From contig CM052816.1 of NCBI GenBank assembly GCA_028534125.1, forward strand, positions 99,326,001 through 99,390,000: a stretch of 64,000 nt of DNA, written 5' to 3'. A model generated the notes under the pieces. That model worked only from the letters and a program-made list of their open reading frames with translations. It searched no databases and had not been told where the DNA came from. The stretch comes from Lama glama. Lineage: Eukaryota. How positions within the stretch are numbered: the stretch's first letter is position 1; every line of letters begins with the position of its first letter. A program made the position numbers and the translations under genes. Shown in pieces: positions 52,293 through 64,000 of this stretch.

Positions 52293-55200
52293 TGGCCATT
52301 TGCACTTGTAATGTTTTGCTTTGTTTTTCTCTGCTTCTAATGTTTAAATTCCAGTCTTACGTTAAGAGAGACTCTTAACTGTTGATTCAACCAGTAACGT
52401 CCGACGTTATCTAAATTGCGATTTTCAATTTCTGCTTTATACTAAGATTCACAAGCTAATCTTCATTTGGATATAAAAACCCACTCTAAGAAAATGACCT
52501 ACAGTGATTTATGAAACTAGCATATGTGCACATTGATAATCTATGTCTATTTGAATTTGTTTATAAATATTTCCCCCAATGTCCACTTAACTCCATCTGC
52601 ATCTATGAATGCACATATATTTTTCTCTCCATGAATTAGATCTGGTTCTGAGTGTGTGAGGTGAATGTAAACCTGGCCTGGTCTATATCAGGGAAATGAA
52701 ACCGGGCAGGGAGAGAGGAAAGTCAGAGAGCCTGAGTGCACAATAAAATATTCACCAAGGCAAGCCCACAGCCGCAAATAATTGAATTAGGCAAGAGCGA
52801 TGCGGACGGGGCACTGCCTGGGAATTGATGGTCATCTGTGGGAGTTGATTGTCCGAGGTGGCCATCAATCCCCAGAAAACGCCCTGCGCCAAGGTCATTG
52901 TGGCTCTAAGAACGTGGTTTTTTTTCACAATAGAGGATTTAAAAAAATCCTTCATTTTACTTGATTTCTCGCATTATCATCAGTCCTTCAGGGGCCTTTC
53001 TAGAGATGGCTTTGAATGGTGCTGGGCTGAACTTAGCACTTCTGAATAATTGATCACCAAGGCAGCCAAAGACTGAACGCATTTTTCTGGCATGGAATGT
53101 TTTATCCAGGCTGAATAATATTTCAGAGATTTTTGAACCGTGAAAATTTAGTGATGGCTTAAACAAAATGTGTGTTTTGTCTTAGACTAAAATACTCTTG
53201 GCAAAAGGCCTTATAAAACATATATTCTTGGTTTTCATCAGAAATCATTCTGGGTATAAAGATACAAATTACTGTGAGCAGGAAGGCCATGGAGGAAATT
53301 AACTAGAGTCTATGACTAGCTCTCATTCATAGTAACGTCACATTTTACAATACAGATGACATGATGAGAAGCAGTCAGTTAGGGATATGATTCAATCTGT
53401 CTACTCTACCCATCAAAAATAATCATGAATAAAAATGTCTAATGACTTTTTTAAATCAGAAGTTTGCATAATTAAATGTTCTTAATTATTACCTACCAAG
53501 ACAAATGTATTATGTCAGCAGCATATGTTATTTATGTACTTGCTAACAAATCATAAAATAGAAAGAACGTTATAAAAGAGTGAAAATAAAAGGTAGATTG
53601 CTGTTGGCAAAATTAGTTCAGATTTTAACAGTGGGAGCTGTTTGTTTTGTGTTTTTTTTTTTTAATTTGGAGTTTTCATTTGAATGATTGTGTCCTAAAA
53701 TTTTACACATTGGGCACATTTTAAAATCCTGATTTGATTTTGTTGGCCTCAGAAGTCCCCTGTGCCCTCCAAGCTTACTCAGCCATGCGCGTCAGCCCAG
53801 AACTGGTTATCCTGGCAATGTGGCTATTTCATTTCTCAGTGATGGCCTTAGAGGCCAGGGAAGGCGACCCAGAGCTGTAGAAAGTTAACTCCCGATGGAA
53901 CAAACGTTGAATACCAGGAGCTCCAGAGAAGAGGCAGTCAGCTAGATCAAGTCCTCTCCATTGCTCCCTCCAAGGGACTGGCCACCTAACAGGCTGTTTC
54001 TTTTCACAAGGCAGCGAGCCATACTCAGCATCTTCCAGTGTCCCCATCCCTGACCGTCTGCATCACTTCCCTCCAACCTCAATCACACGTCCCTGGGACT
54101 GCAATTCTTATCAAGCCTTGGTCTTTTTCCTAGAGATCCCAGGCTGAGACGCTGTCTATCTGATTATGCAAACTTCAAACAAAATGGTACCCACATCGTC
54201 TACATATCTCAAGCTAGCTTTGATATATGGGCAATTGCTTTTCTCATCAATTGTTCGATTTCCTTCACAGAATTACTCGTTTTCCTTATTCATGCTTATT
54301 TATACGCAAAGTGGAGGCAAAGCTGAACTGTTTTTTTTAATTTAGCTGATCCAGTTATAGCTTGTGCATTACCTGTCCAGGCAATGGATCTGCAGTTTTC
54401 ATCTCCATTGATTTTCAGTATCTTAGGTGATACGGGGCAGAATCCTCCCTGCCTGTACTTCTCTCTGTCCCTGTCTTCTCGGAGTTCTCCAGCTCTTTGG
54501 ATAAAACCAATCTGTAGCAAGCACGCCTGGTTGATTTTGTAATACTTATTTCCCTCTTCAGTTATTTATCAGAGATTTGTTCAGTTAGCAGTGGTGACGT
54601 GTCTGGGCACACACTCTTCACCCTGGACTCCCTTGCAGATGGAGAGACCCGATGAGACATCAGCAGAAGCTGATGGGCTGGTGGTCCTCCACTTGCCCCA
54701 TGGACCTTGACCTCCATCCGCCAATTCCAACACTACTTTCTGTGCTGCAAGAGCTGATCTGTGGGGCATACACCATCTACCCATCTTTGGTTTGGGTCAA
54801 CGGAGAACACAGGAAGATGAAAAGGACAGAAAGAGACCGCGAGACAAAGAGAAGGAGACTAATATAAAGCATAGTGAGCTGGGACATTTATTCCCCAGCT
54901 GCATCGCTGAATAGAAGGTCAGCATTTTGTTCAACACCCCTTGTCTTGTAGCTCCTTCTGTTTCCAAGACTCCATACTTTCTAGTTTGCCAATTTACTCT
55001 AAGAGAAGATCTAGATTAATGACTGAAGGGTATGCCCACCATTTACAAATGGTAACAAGTCCCTATAGAGACCTGTCCAACTCCAAAGCATGATTTCTTA
55101 TATGGAAATCATTATTTCTTCTTATTTTATTGCCCTTTATTTCTTTACTGTCATTAAAAAATAAATCAAGACACTCCATCTGTTTATCACTTCAACTTTT

Positions 55201-58200
55201 TATCTTCAATCATGTGAGTACTCAGCATTCCATCTAAAACACACCATTTCTCAATGTTTCCCTGGGAACTGAATGACCATATATTTCCCAGGGGAGTCAT
55301 TTCCAACGGACACCACCCGCATCCTGGTGGTCCAGGTTCCTAATCTCAGGAGGGAGCCCATCTGACCGTATCTGATCCAGGCTATTCCCCTAGAGCTAAT
55401 TTGAGGTAGAACGAAGTTTTAAAAAGTGTAGCTTTCTTTTGCTGGTTTCTGTCTGTTTCCATGAAGACTTCTGCACGTGTCCAAATCTGCTGAGGTTACT
55501 TCAAAAGTATTTAAAGAGAAATGTTAGAATATTCTGTAGTCACCACCTTCACAATAGAAGTTATTTTCTTCTGCCATTTTGAGAGGGACAATGAACCTGG
55601 GTAATAGCATCACATCCAGGAATTTACATACAGTTTCTCTCTCTGAGTGTAATCAACTCATCGAAGTTGTAACACAAGGGGAATTGATAGGACATGGATG
55701 ATACCGCATAGTGAGCAAGTGGTAATCACTCCCCTCCCCCTGCAAAAATCACAATATTTTGCAATATTCGTCTAGATTTATCTACTGAAATATGATTTCA
55801 AGTTTAAAAACTAGATATTGAAATTGGATGTGCTCAAATTACCATCTTTCCCACACTGACAGTCAATCCATTCTTTTCTTCATGGAAGAATAAAAATACA
55901 AATTAAAGTTGAGGACGAGAATGCCAAACTAAGGACAATGGATGTTTCTATCTATCATGTATTGGAGGTCAGACCCGCTCTCTCTTTGTCCTGTGTCCTC
56001 AGGAAGGTCTCCAAACAATGCTCACTTGAGTTCTGTGGTATGGTTCACGAAATCTCTGCAAATAAAAGAAGAACAACAATTTGAAAGACAAACATTGTTC
56101 AATTCCTTTGCTAGCATGTTTTATTTGTCTCAGCATTCATAACATACTTTTCTGCAAAATACTGCTGAACTCTGAGTACTTTTCCTATTAGCAGAACTAC
56201 AAAAAAATACACTCAAATAATAAACACCATGCAGGGTGTTTTAATTTAACATATTAGTTTCACATGCAAACAATTGTCAACTCTTAGTAAAAAGTATTAT
56301 GGGAGTAATATTGTGGGAGCATATTTTGCAAGAAGGATTTCAACAGCCATGTCATTCAGTGCATTCGTTTCTTTCTTTAACTTGTAAAATAATAAGTCTA
56401 TTGTAATCCCCTTATTTAACGATCAGTCTTTGCATAAACTCTAGCTGCCAAAAATCCTTTAAAGGGTGAACGGCCAACATGAAAGAGTGTTGGAATCTTC
56501 GTTTCTTTGATGCTTTCTCAGAAGAAGTGGGTTAGTCACTTCCTCTTCGTCATGCTGAATCTTGTCAAAGAAAATGACAAGAAAAGCAAAACAAAGCGAA
56601 TAGCAAACAGACGATTGATGAAAAGTGGATGTTGCAGGCGGTGGGGTGGGGGGGCGGCAGTATGTGTTGACACAGAGCTGCGGTATAAAAGGTTGCCATT
56701 TATTTGATTATAAAATTTAACCACTACAGACATATTTTGCAAAGCTCTTTTTGGGAGATTTTCTCTTACTGGGTATATTAGTTATTCCTTAAAAAAAGAT
56801 ATCTTGGAAGCAATCCACCCTCTAGATCAGTGCATGCCATATCATGTATAAGGCAAGGTTAAGCAACTGTGTAGAGACACTGGATCAAAACAGGAGCCAT
56901 TCTTGCCTGGGAACAAGCTTTCTGCCCAGACATGCATTCAGTCTTTGGTCAACAGAGTCACAGGAAAGTCGTTTTCCACCCCAGGTCACCAAGGTCAGGA
57001 CCCGCAGCGTCGCACTTGCTCTTGAGCTGTAATGTGATCTCTCTGCTGAGTCGTCTCTGAACCCAAGCCAGAAGTTCTGTTTACCAAATCCAACGTGGGT
57101 CCCTGCCTGGAGCCAGCCTTCTCCCACCAACTGGATCCACTCTGAGTTCTTTTCTCTGCTGCCACCCCTTATACCATCCCCCTCTCCCACCTTCCACTCA
57201 TCAAAAGCTTTCTAAGCCCCGATGGAGCTCGAGACACTGTGCCAAATACAGGGGCCACTGCACTGGACAGGACAGAAGAGGCCTGAGCTCCCGTGGGCCT
57301 TATGTTTTAGGGGAGGAGAAAGGCAATAAACAATAAAGGGACATCAGCCTAAAGGGGAAGGAGTAAATGTCAGCCTGCGGAGAGGAGCTGAGTAGTTTGC
57401 ACCTGCGGCATGGTCACGGAAGGCCTGTGGAGGACGGGAACTTTGTGAGCTGAGGTCTGGGGACAGACGGGGTGGGGGAGAAGGATGAGCAGGAGGGAGA
57501 CTTCTGAGGAAGAGCCAGAGCCCCATCCAGAGAGCTGGGAAAGGCGCCCTGCAGTCCGGAGGCAGAAGGCAGGCCGGCGTGTGAGCGGGGGGCTAGAACA
57601 CAGGGCACACCATGCGTCATGGTTTTGAGTGGAGACCAGCTTGTGTGGGCTTCGCTGTTCCAGGGAGGACAGTGGGTGACGGAAGCCATTCCGGGGGATT
57701 TCAAACAAGGGAATGAAAGCAGGTCTAAGGCATGTTTCAAAGCCGCTGCTCCGTCCCCACGGAGGGTGAAGGGCGGGCCCTGGAAAGAGACCCCGAGACC
57801 GACTTCGCTGTCACACAAGCTGAGACAGACTTTGCACTGCCTACAAAGTCTGTCCAAACCCTTTGAAACAATCAGTCATGTATTTGGAAGAAATGAAATG
57901 AAATCTGACAAGGGAACCTGGAGATTTTTATTTAATTTTTTTTTGCAAAAAACAAAGAAACAAACAAACTTTCCTGGATTATTCCTATTTACCTGAGAAG
58001 AGAGTACCAATTTGGGGCAAACACTTTTGTACAGACGAGGCCTAACTCTCCAAGAGGGTTCGGAAAATACAAGAAAATAGTCCCGTCCCCCAGGCAGAGG
58101 CAGCTGGCCACGTATCTGCCATCCTCCGTGGGCAGAGGTCCTTTCTGATCCTTCAGATGCTTATGTGATTGCTCAATTCCCATGATGCTTTTCCACCCTT

Positions 58201-61200
58201 CTCTTTCCACATTCACATTGTACACGATGGGAACTCAGGCCTTCTCAGAGGTCCGATGTGACCTTGCACGCGCGTGGTTACGAGGAAGCTGGAGGAGCTG
58301 GTGTGAAATTTCCTGCAAGGACTTTAGAACAGATACACATTTTCAAAGTTTTTAAAGGATTCTTGTGCTGTTATCTTGTGAAGGGTTCGCCTCTACCAAC
58401 AAGAAATACAGTCCTTACTGTGGATCAGTCCCATAAAATGCCATTGTTTTTCTTGAGTACAGTAAACTTCTTGTCTTGAGCGAGTTTTCCTCTGAATGCG
58501 TGAATTGGCCAACAGACTGCTGTGACAGGAATTCAGCAGCAAACGCCCAATGCGCGTACCTAGGGGGCACGTCCATGAGCTCCTATTCCAGTTGGGATTT
58601 GGGGGTGGCATACTAACCCCACTTGTATTTGAAAAGACTGTGGCATCACCACTCTGTGAAGTTCAGAAGTAATGATTTTTAGCATATTAAGCCTATGAGT
58701 CTATAGCTCCTTGAACAATAAAACATTGGTTTTTCAGTATCTATTTTCACTGGGCATACTAAAGATTAAAAAAAAATCTGGCTTTGTCTGCAAAGGAGCT
58801 CTCTGACAATTGTGCAGTCAGCATTTTTGAAAGCAATTTAAAGAATATAATTCGGGCCAGAACCACTTCACTTTGTGCTACAAAGTCTTGTAGCCTGTGA
58901 TTTCTTTTTTTTTTTTTTTGGTTCATATTTAGTTCTTTTACTTATTTAATCCTTAATTATTTGCACTAGTTTCTTAACTATCTCGCCATCATGAACGTGT
59001 CCTTATGTTGAAACTTCCTGCCAACTGCTTCACACACGGAGAGTATTATTAGGAACGATACTCAAAATTTAATACACAGCTACAACTGTTTTGCTTTCAT
59101 TATGCGTGGTAATATCCACAAATAGATGCTTCATTGTTGGCACTTAACCGCTTTCCTCTCCCCACTCGCCTTGCCTAATTACGGTTCTCACTTGAATAAT
59201 TTGGCAAGTGTTTGTACAGCGTCTTCAATTAAAAATAAATAAGGTGGAAGAATGTTCTCTCTGTACTCTTTAGCTGAAAAAGGAATGAATGTTATCCTTC
59301 AGATCTGTGAAAGGAACCGTTCCATATCTTCTTCTCTTTCCAATGTAATTTTCCTTGAGGCGAGTTAAAAATGTGTGGTATCTAATCCAAATAAATATTC
59401 CGCTTTCCAGCCCCCACACTTCCTATTGCACAAACTTCCCTGACAATTGTTTCATACAATTTTTCTAAGAGTGGAGATTCAGAGCTACGCGTCCGCTCTC
59501 CTCTCCTGTGATGTGCACCACTGCCCAGGATCGCGGTGTGGAGTCTACAGCCCCTCTCTGCTGTGACTCTGATCCCCCGAATCGTGACTCATCTATGAGT
59601 CGAATTGTCTGGGAGTCAATAAAGGACAGAAAACAGCCCAACTCTTTTCCAAGATGAAGTCTGAAAAAAATGAACACTTCTGCCCATCACGTTCCAGTCC
59701 ATTTGATTATTCACTGGATAATGGTGACTATCGAGGTCATAGTCAACACTAATTGGAAATGTGCTTTGTGAAGTTATATTATTTTTGACAGATTCTGGGT
59801 TATATTAATGTTTGTCATGAATAGAAGGCAACAAAAAGAATGTGGTCAGAAACCATAAAAACTTTGTCGTACTCAACCTTTGAACATCCACAGGCACTAG
59901 AATCTAACTGTCCAACATCTGTAGCAGGAAAAATAAGATGAACAATAAAGTGATTTAATTTACAATGAAAACAGAAAATATGAGATGGCAGAAGAGGGTG
60001 TAGAACACAAGAAGGTTCTGTCCTTTTTTTTCTGAAATGAAGTATTCTGGGCACATGTAACCTTTTGTTCACTGTTATAATCCTGTCTCTTATGTTGCAG
60101 TGGGAGTCCTGAGTGTTAATGGCAGAAAGATCAAAAGGTTCTCAAAAAATGAATCCTAGGCACCGAAGAGACTGTCCACACGTAAGGGTTCAATCAAGCC
60201 CTCAGAGGAGAAGGTTTTTACCACCTCGCTGCAGTCCAGAGTTCAAGGCGATTAATGCACCTGCCAGGTTAAGAACTCATCTGCATTTTGGAAGGTCACA
60301 CTGTGCAAGAATAGAGGCCCTATCATCGTAACCCCTGTGAAGACAGGAGAAGAGTATTTATCCACCTCATGGGCAAAATTGCCTGCCCTTGGGCTCAGAG
60401 GGCCGACCTGGCCAGAAGGCTCAGGAGCCTCCCGTCACAGCAAGGGACACAAAGAAACTCCTGGATTATGTGCAGGTCAGTGAATTCCGGAAGCCACAGC
60501 TCAGCTAAACCATCAATTTAAAAAATAAAAAAAGTTTGTGCTCTATCAAAGTAAATAAAATGGAAACTGTGAAACTATGTCTAAGAGATGTAGCAGAGAA
60601 GCAAGGCTCAGAGGAGATGAAGCCAGCAGGCTGAGTTTCATTATGCTATCTGTAAAATCATTTTTGTTCCTGCAACGTGTATCGGGGTCTGTCTCAACTC
60701 GTTCACTCAGGGTGAAAGATTCACTCCGTCATGGACACAGAGGTACCGCAGGGATGGCCGCTCTCAGCTGCCCTGTTCCCTTTGTGGTGTGGAAGAGGGA
60801 CACCCCTGTGCGATGTGATTGTGATGATGTCCTGCGTGTGTGCTTCTCCTAAATGCACTGAATTTCAGATTCTAAACTCAAGGCAATTCAAATTTTGAGC
60901 TAGGTGTTTCTAAGCAACTTTTAAATTATTTCTTAGAAGGAGGGGTTTTGGAAGCATGGGAATTGCAAAGGGAGAGCTTGGTGTTTCAGGAGAAGCAGCA
61001 GCATGGAGCCAGAAAGACCCAGGTGCTGGTGCCATCGGTTCTCTGACTTCTTCTTAGGTTTAAAGATTTGGAAATAAACACGTGGCTTGCTCAGGGCTGG
61101 CTGCATACAGCAGACACTCAGACGTGTATGAGTTACGGCTGATGAAGACACCAGCGTCCCAGGCTGCCACGGCCGCGCTCTCTCTCTTGTTCCTGTGTGG

Positions 61201-61234
61201 AGAATCCAGGAGCAATTTCACTTAAAAAGTCAGA

Positions 61235-61450
61235 GCTCACATGTGTTGAGTGTCTGTGTGTCAAACAGTAGCCCAGACGCCTTAGACAGATCAACTCATT
61301 TACTTCTCACAGCAACTATATGAAGTATTTACTACCCTTATTACCAATTGGGAGGTGAGGAAACTGAGGCGTGGAGAGATGGGTTATAGGCTGGTAAACA
61401 CTGGAGACAGACTGTGAACGCAAGCCGTCGGGCTCCAGAATTTGCCTTCT
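61235..61450 (-). mobile_element. MIR
   Basis: ctcatttacttctcacagcaac...ggtgaggaaactgaggc core. Confidence 0.8.
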
Positions 61451-63297
61451 TTGTAACTGCAACACTAGGAACTTTGGAAAATCATCTGAAGCTGAATTTT
61501 ATCATAAAGATAAAATTTTAAGTAGATAATCGATTTGCTTACTTTTTTAAAAAATGTGTTAGCACAGTATTTATTTGTATGATGTTAGTATTTAAAAATA
61601 TTATGTCAGCATGACATTGATAAAATAAATCAGTTTAATGTTTTGTTTTATCAGCTTTTAAAAATGGAGACCATAATACCTTTCTGTAATGACTTACATG
61701 ACACTTGCAGAAAAGTAAACAGTGAAATATGTGATTCTGATGATAGCAGCATAGATCCTCGCCTTCATCCTTACAAACATATAAATTAAATTTTGCACTG
61801 GCTGTGGAAGGTAACAACTATTCTGTATCAATTTATGGATAAGAAAACAAATGAACAGCTGAGACATAAAGACAGTATCCGTCTAGGCCCTGTAAGAGTG
61901 AGGAGCCAGCCACAGCCGTCCTCACTGGCCACCTGTGCCCCTCACACTGGCTGCATCCTTGTGTCCACCGTGCTTGAAGGGGAGTCAAGGGTGGATACCA
62001 CTGACTCCCACCAGCTCATATGACCAGGCTGTAAGAGGGGCTTTGATGCACTTTCTTAAGTTAAGTGAAGCACAGTTTTTACACAGGAAAAAAAAATGTA
62101 ATACACACTGGTCACCATGTAGCCATGAGAACTGGAGAGAAAAAGGGGGGGGGGGCGCAGAGGAGGCGCAGGAGAGGAGGAAAAGGAAGGGGGAAACCTG
62201 GGTCTCTTTCTGTTCTGCTGGCTGGATACCTTGCTCTTGACACTGGCTTGTCAGGTGTTCCGATCCTGGTGACAAGAACCCACTGAATCCAGCACTGATG
62301 ATTTAATGAGCCTGAGGGGACAGTCTTTCTTATTCCAAAAACAACATTCAGAGTTTTCTTTCTGTGAATGTTTTTACGAATGAATTTGAAATGCTTTTGT
62401 TTTAAGGAACAGAATGAACCATATTGTGTGAGAAATGAACAATGACTCCTTATTTTCCTGTGAATCCTGACCCCTTCCTTGGCGGGGAGATTGACTACAT
62501 ACATTTCCCTGTTACCCAGGACTTCCATTTTTCAGTCTTAATACAGTTTTTCTTTTTCTTTTTTTCTTTTTTTAAACTTTTTTCCCCTTTATGATGAGTG
62601 TTTCTTTTTATCTCCCTGTGATGCTAGTTTCTGTAGGTCTTAAGGGTTGCTTGTCATATTTGTGATTGAGAAAATTACTCTAAAATTTTGTTTGTGGATA
62701 CAATGATTCTAAAATAACAGTCATGTAATATCACCATTAGGTTGATGTTAAAACAACAGAAACTAAAATAATAAGCAACGGGGGAAAAAGAGCAGAAACC
62801 ATGTTACTGGGAGGTGGCCGCCTACAGTCGCAAGCAGGCCCAGTGAGCCCCTGCGACTCAGGGCAGTCACGGGCTCCAGGAGGTAACAATCACGACTTAA
62901 AAAATACAAGCCAAGAGTGAGGTTTAAAAATCTTAGGTTTTTTTTTAGGATTTCCTGACAACTTTTTGTGTTTTTCTGACAGCAGTACAGTTTACTTAGG
63001 GATGATCTGGGGGATAATGTTGTACTTACTGAGCCCCTAAGCTAAGCACCTGTTTTCTCCAGAACCTAGGTGGGACACCCACATTAAATCCAGTCACTGC
63101 AACTCTAAGAAATTGAGAAAATGGACCGCACGACCGAGCTTTCTGTAGAACCAAAGCACAATGTATTTTCAAAGTACAATTTCATGCATTTCTTGAAGTT
63201 CTTGAGAAATTCTTCCACCAGTACTTTTTGGAATGTGATGGTTCTCGCTCTGACTTCAGAGCAGAGTTTAGTTAATCATGAAGTTAACTGTCTACAT

Positions 63298-63480
63298 CAG
63301 TGGGTTTCAATATAAAGTAGTTTTGACCCTCAGCCCGGAGACATTTGGCCGTGTTTGGAGACACGCTTGTTTGTCTCAGTGACCAGCGCCACTGCCCTCT
63401 TCTGTGCAGAGGTCAACACTCTACAGCAAAGAGGGCAGGACTCATGGCAAGGCGTCGTTCTGCCCCAGATGCCAAAGCCG
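63298..63480 (+). mobile_element. MER20 (hAT) DNA transposon remnant
   Basis: cagtgg...gacatttggccgtgtttggagaca matches the recalled MER20 5' half. Confidence 0.7.
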
Positions 63481-63649
63481 GGACCCTTCGTTCCTCTCGA
63501 TGCTGCGCACTGATGCTCCAGCTGTTGATTCTCTGCTGTTTACCAGGCATTCTTCAGAGACGCGTGATGTGCAGACCACTAATCTTGTACTTTCCATTAA
63601 CATTACCTGGATTCTTCCTCCAAATGACAGAACTGAAATATGTGACACA

Positions 63650-63950
63650 GGAGGGGCCTCGGAGACCGTCTGCTTGTCCTGCCAGGCCAGCCCCGAGCAG
63701 GAGGTCTGGCTGCGCGGCCTCGACCGGCTCCTCCGAAGGAGCTGGAGGGTAAGATGAGCCTCACGATGCTGACAAACAGCTCCCCTTCCTGGCACGCGTC
63801 TCGCATTTCCTGGGGGCACCTCTCGCCCCCCGCAAGGTGGCCCTCTTCCGGACAGGCCGCTGAAGCGCGCCGCCGCGCCCCTGCCGGTGGCCTCCCCGCC
63901 CGGGCTGGGCCCGGCCGCACAGACGTGGTTTTAAGGGAGCTACGTCTCAA
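63650..63950. promoter_or_regulatory. CpG-rich patch
   Basis: CpG-dense, with a GC box CCCCGCCC and a CTCF-like CCGCAAGGTGGCCC near 63830. Confidence 0.45.
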
Positions 63951-64000
63951 CTCTGACTGTTCCGACTGGGTTACACTTAGGGGAAACATGAAACAAAACT

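Noticed and set aside
56684..56691. TATAAAAG TATA box
   Set aside because: Isolated motif with no downstream exon or gene evidence.
1..64000. CRISPR arrays, operons or prokaryotic defence systems
   Set aside because: The sequence is mammalian, with no regularly spaced repeat-spacer structure or dense coding.

Overview
Mammalian nuclear DNA, most likely camelid (alpaca/camel/llama), judged from a camelid-type tRNA-derived SINE at 32.4 kb and young cetartiodactyl-type L1 3' ends. No intact protein-coding gene is evident; nearly all listed ORFs are spurious, repeat-derived or GC-rich shadows. The main signal is a decayed, intron-containing minus-strand gene at ~0.5-28.6 kb. About nine exon remnants with recognisable splice sites can be chained in compatible phases. 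Their translations are collinear, by eye, with my recollection of human KIAA0825 (DUF4495 family), but far too divergent to be the ortholog. Most exons carry stops, frameshifts or broken splice donors, so this looks like a unitary pseudogene of an ancient KIAA0825 paralog. The homology call is from memory and needs a database search. CpG-rich regions lie at ~26.9-28.9, 34.5-34.9, 36.7-37.9 and 63.65-63.95 kb; the 37 kb island has outward-facing GTAAGT donors on both strands. The rest is intronic/intergenic DNA with L1 (one 5'-inverted), L2, MIR, MLT1, MER20, a MER41-like solo LTR and microsatellites.
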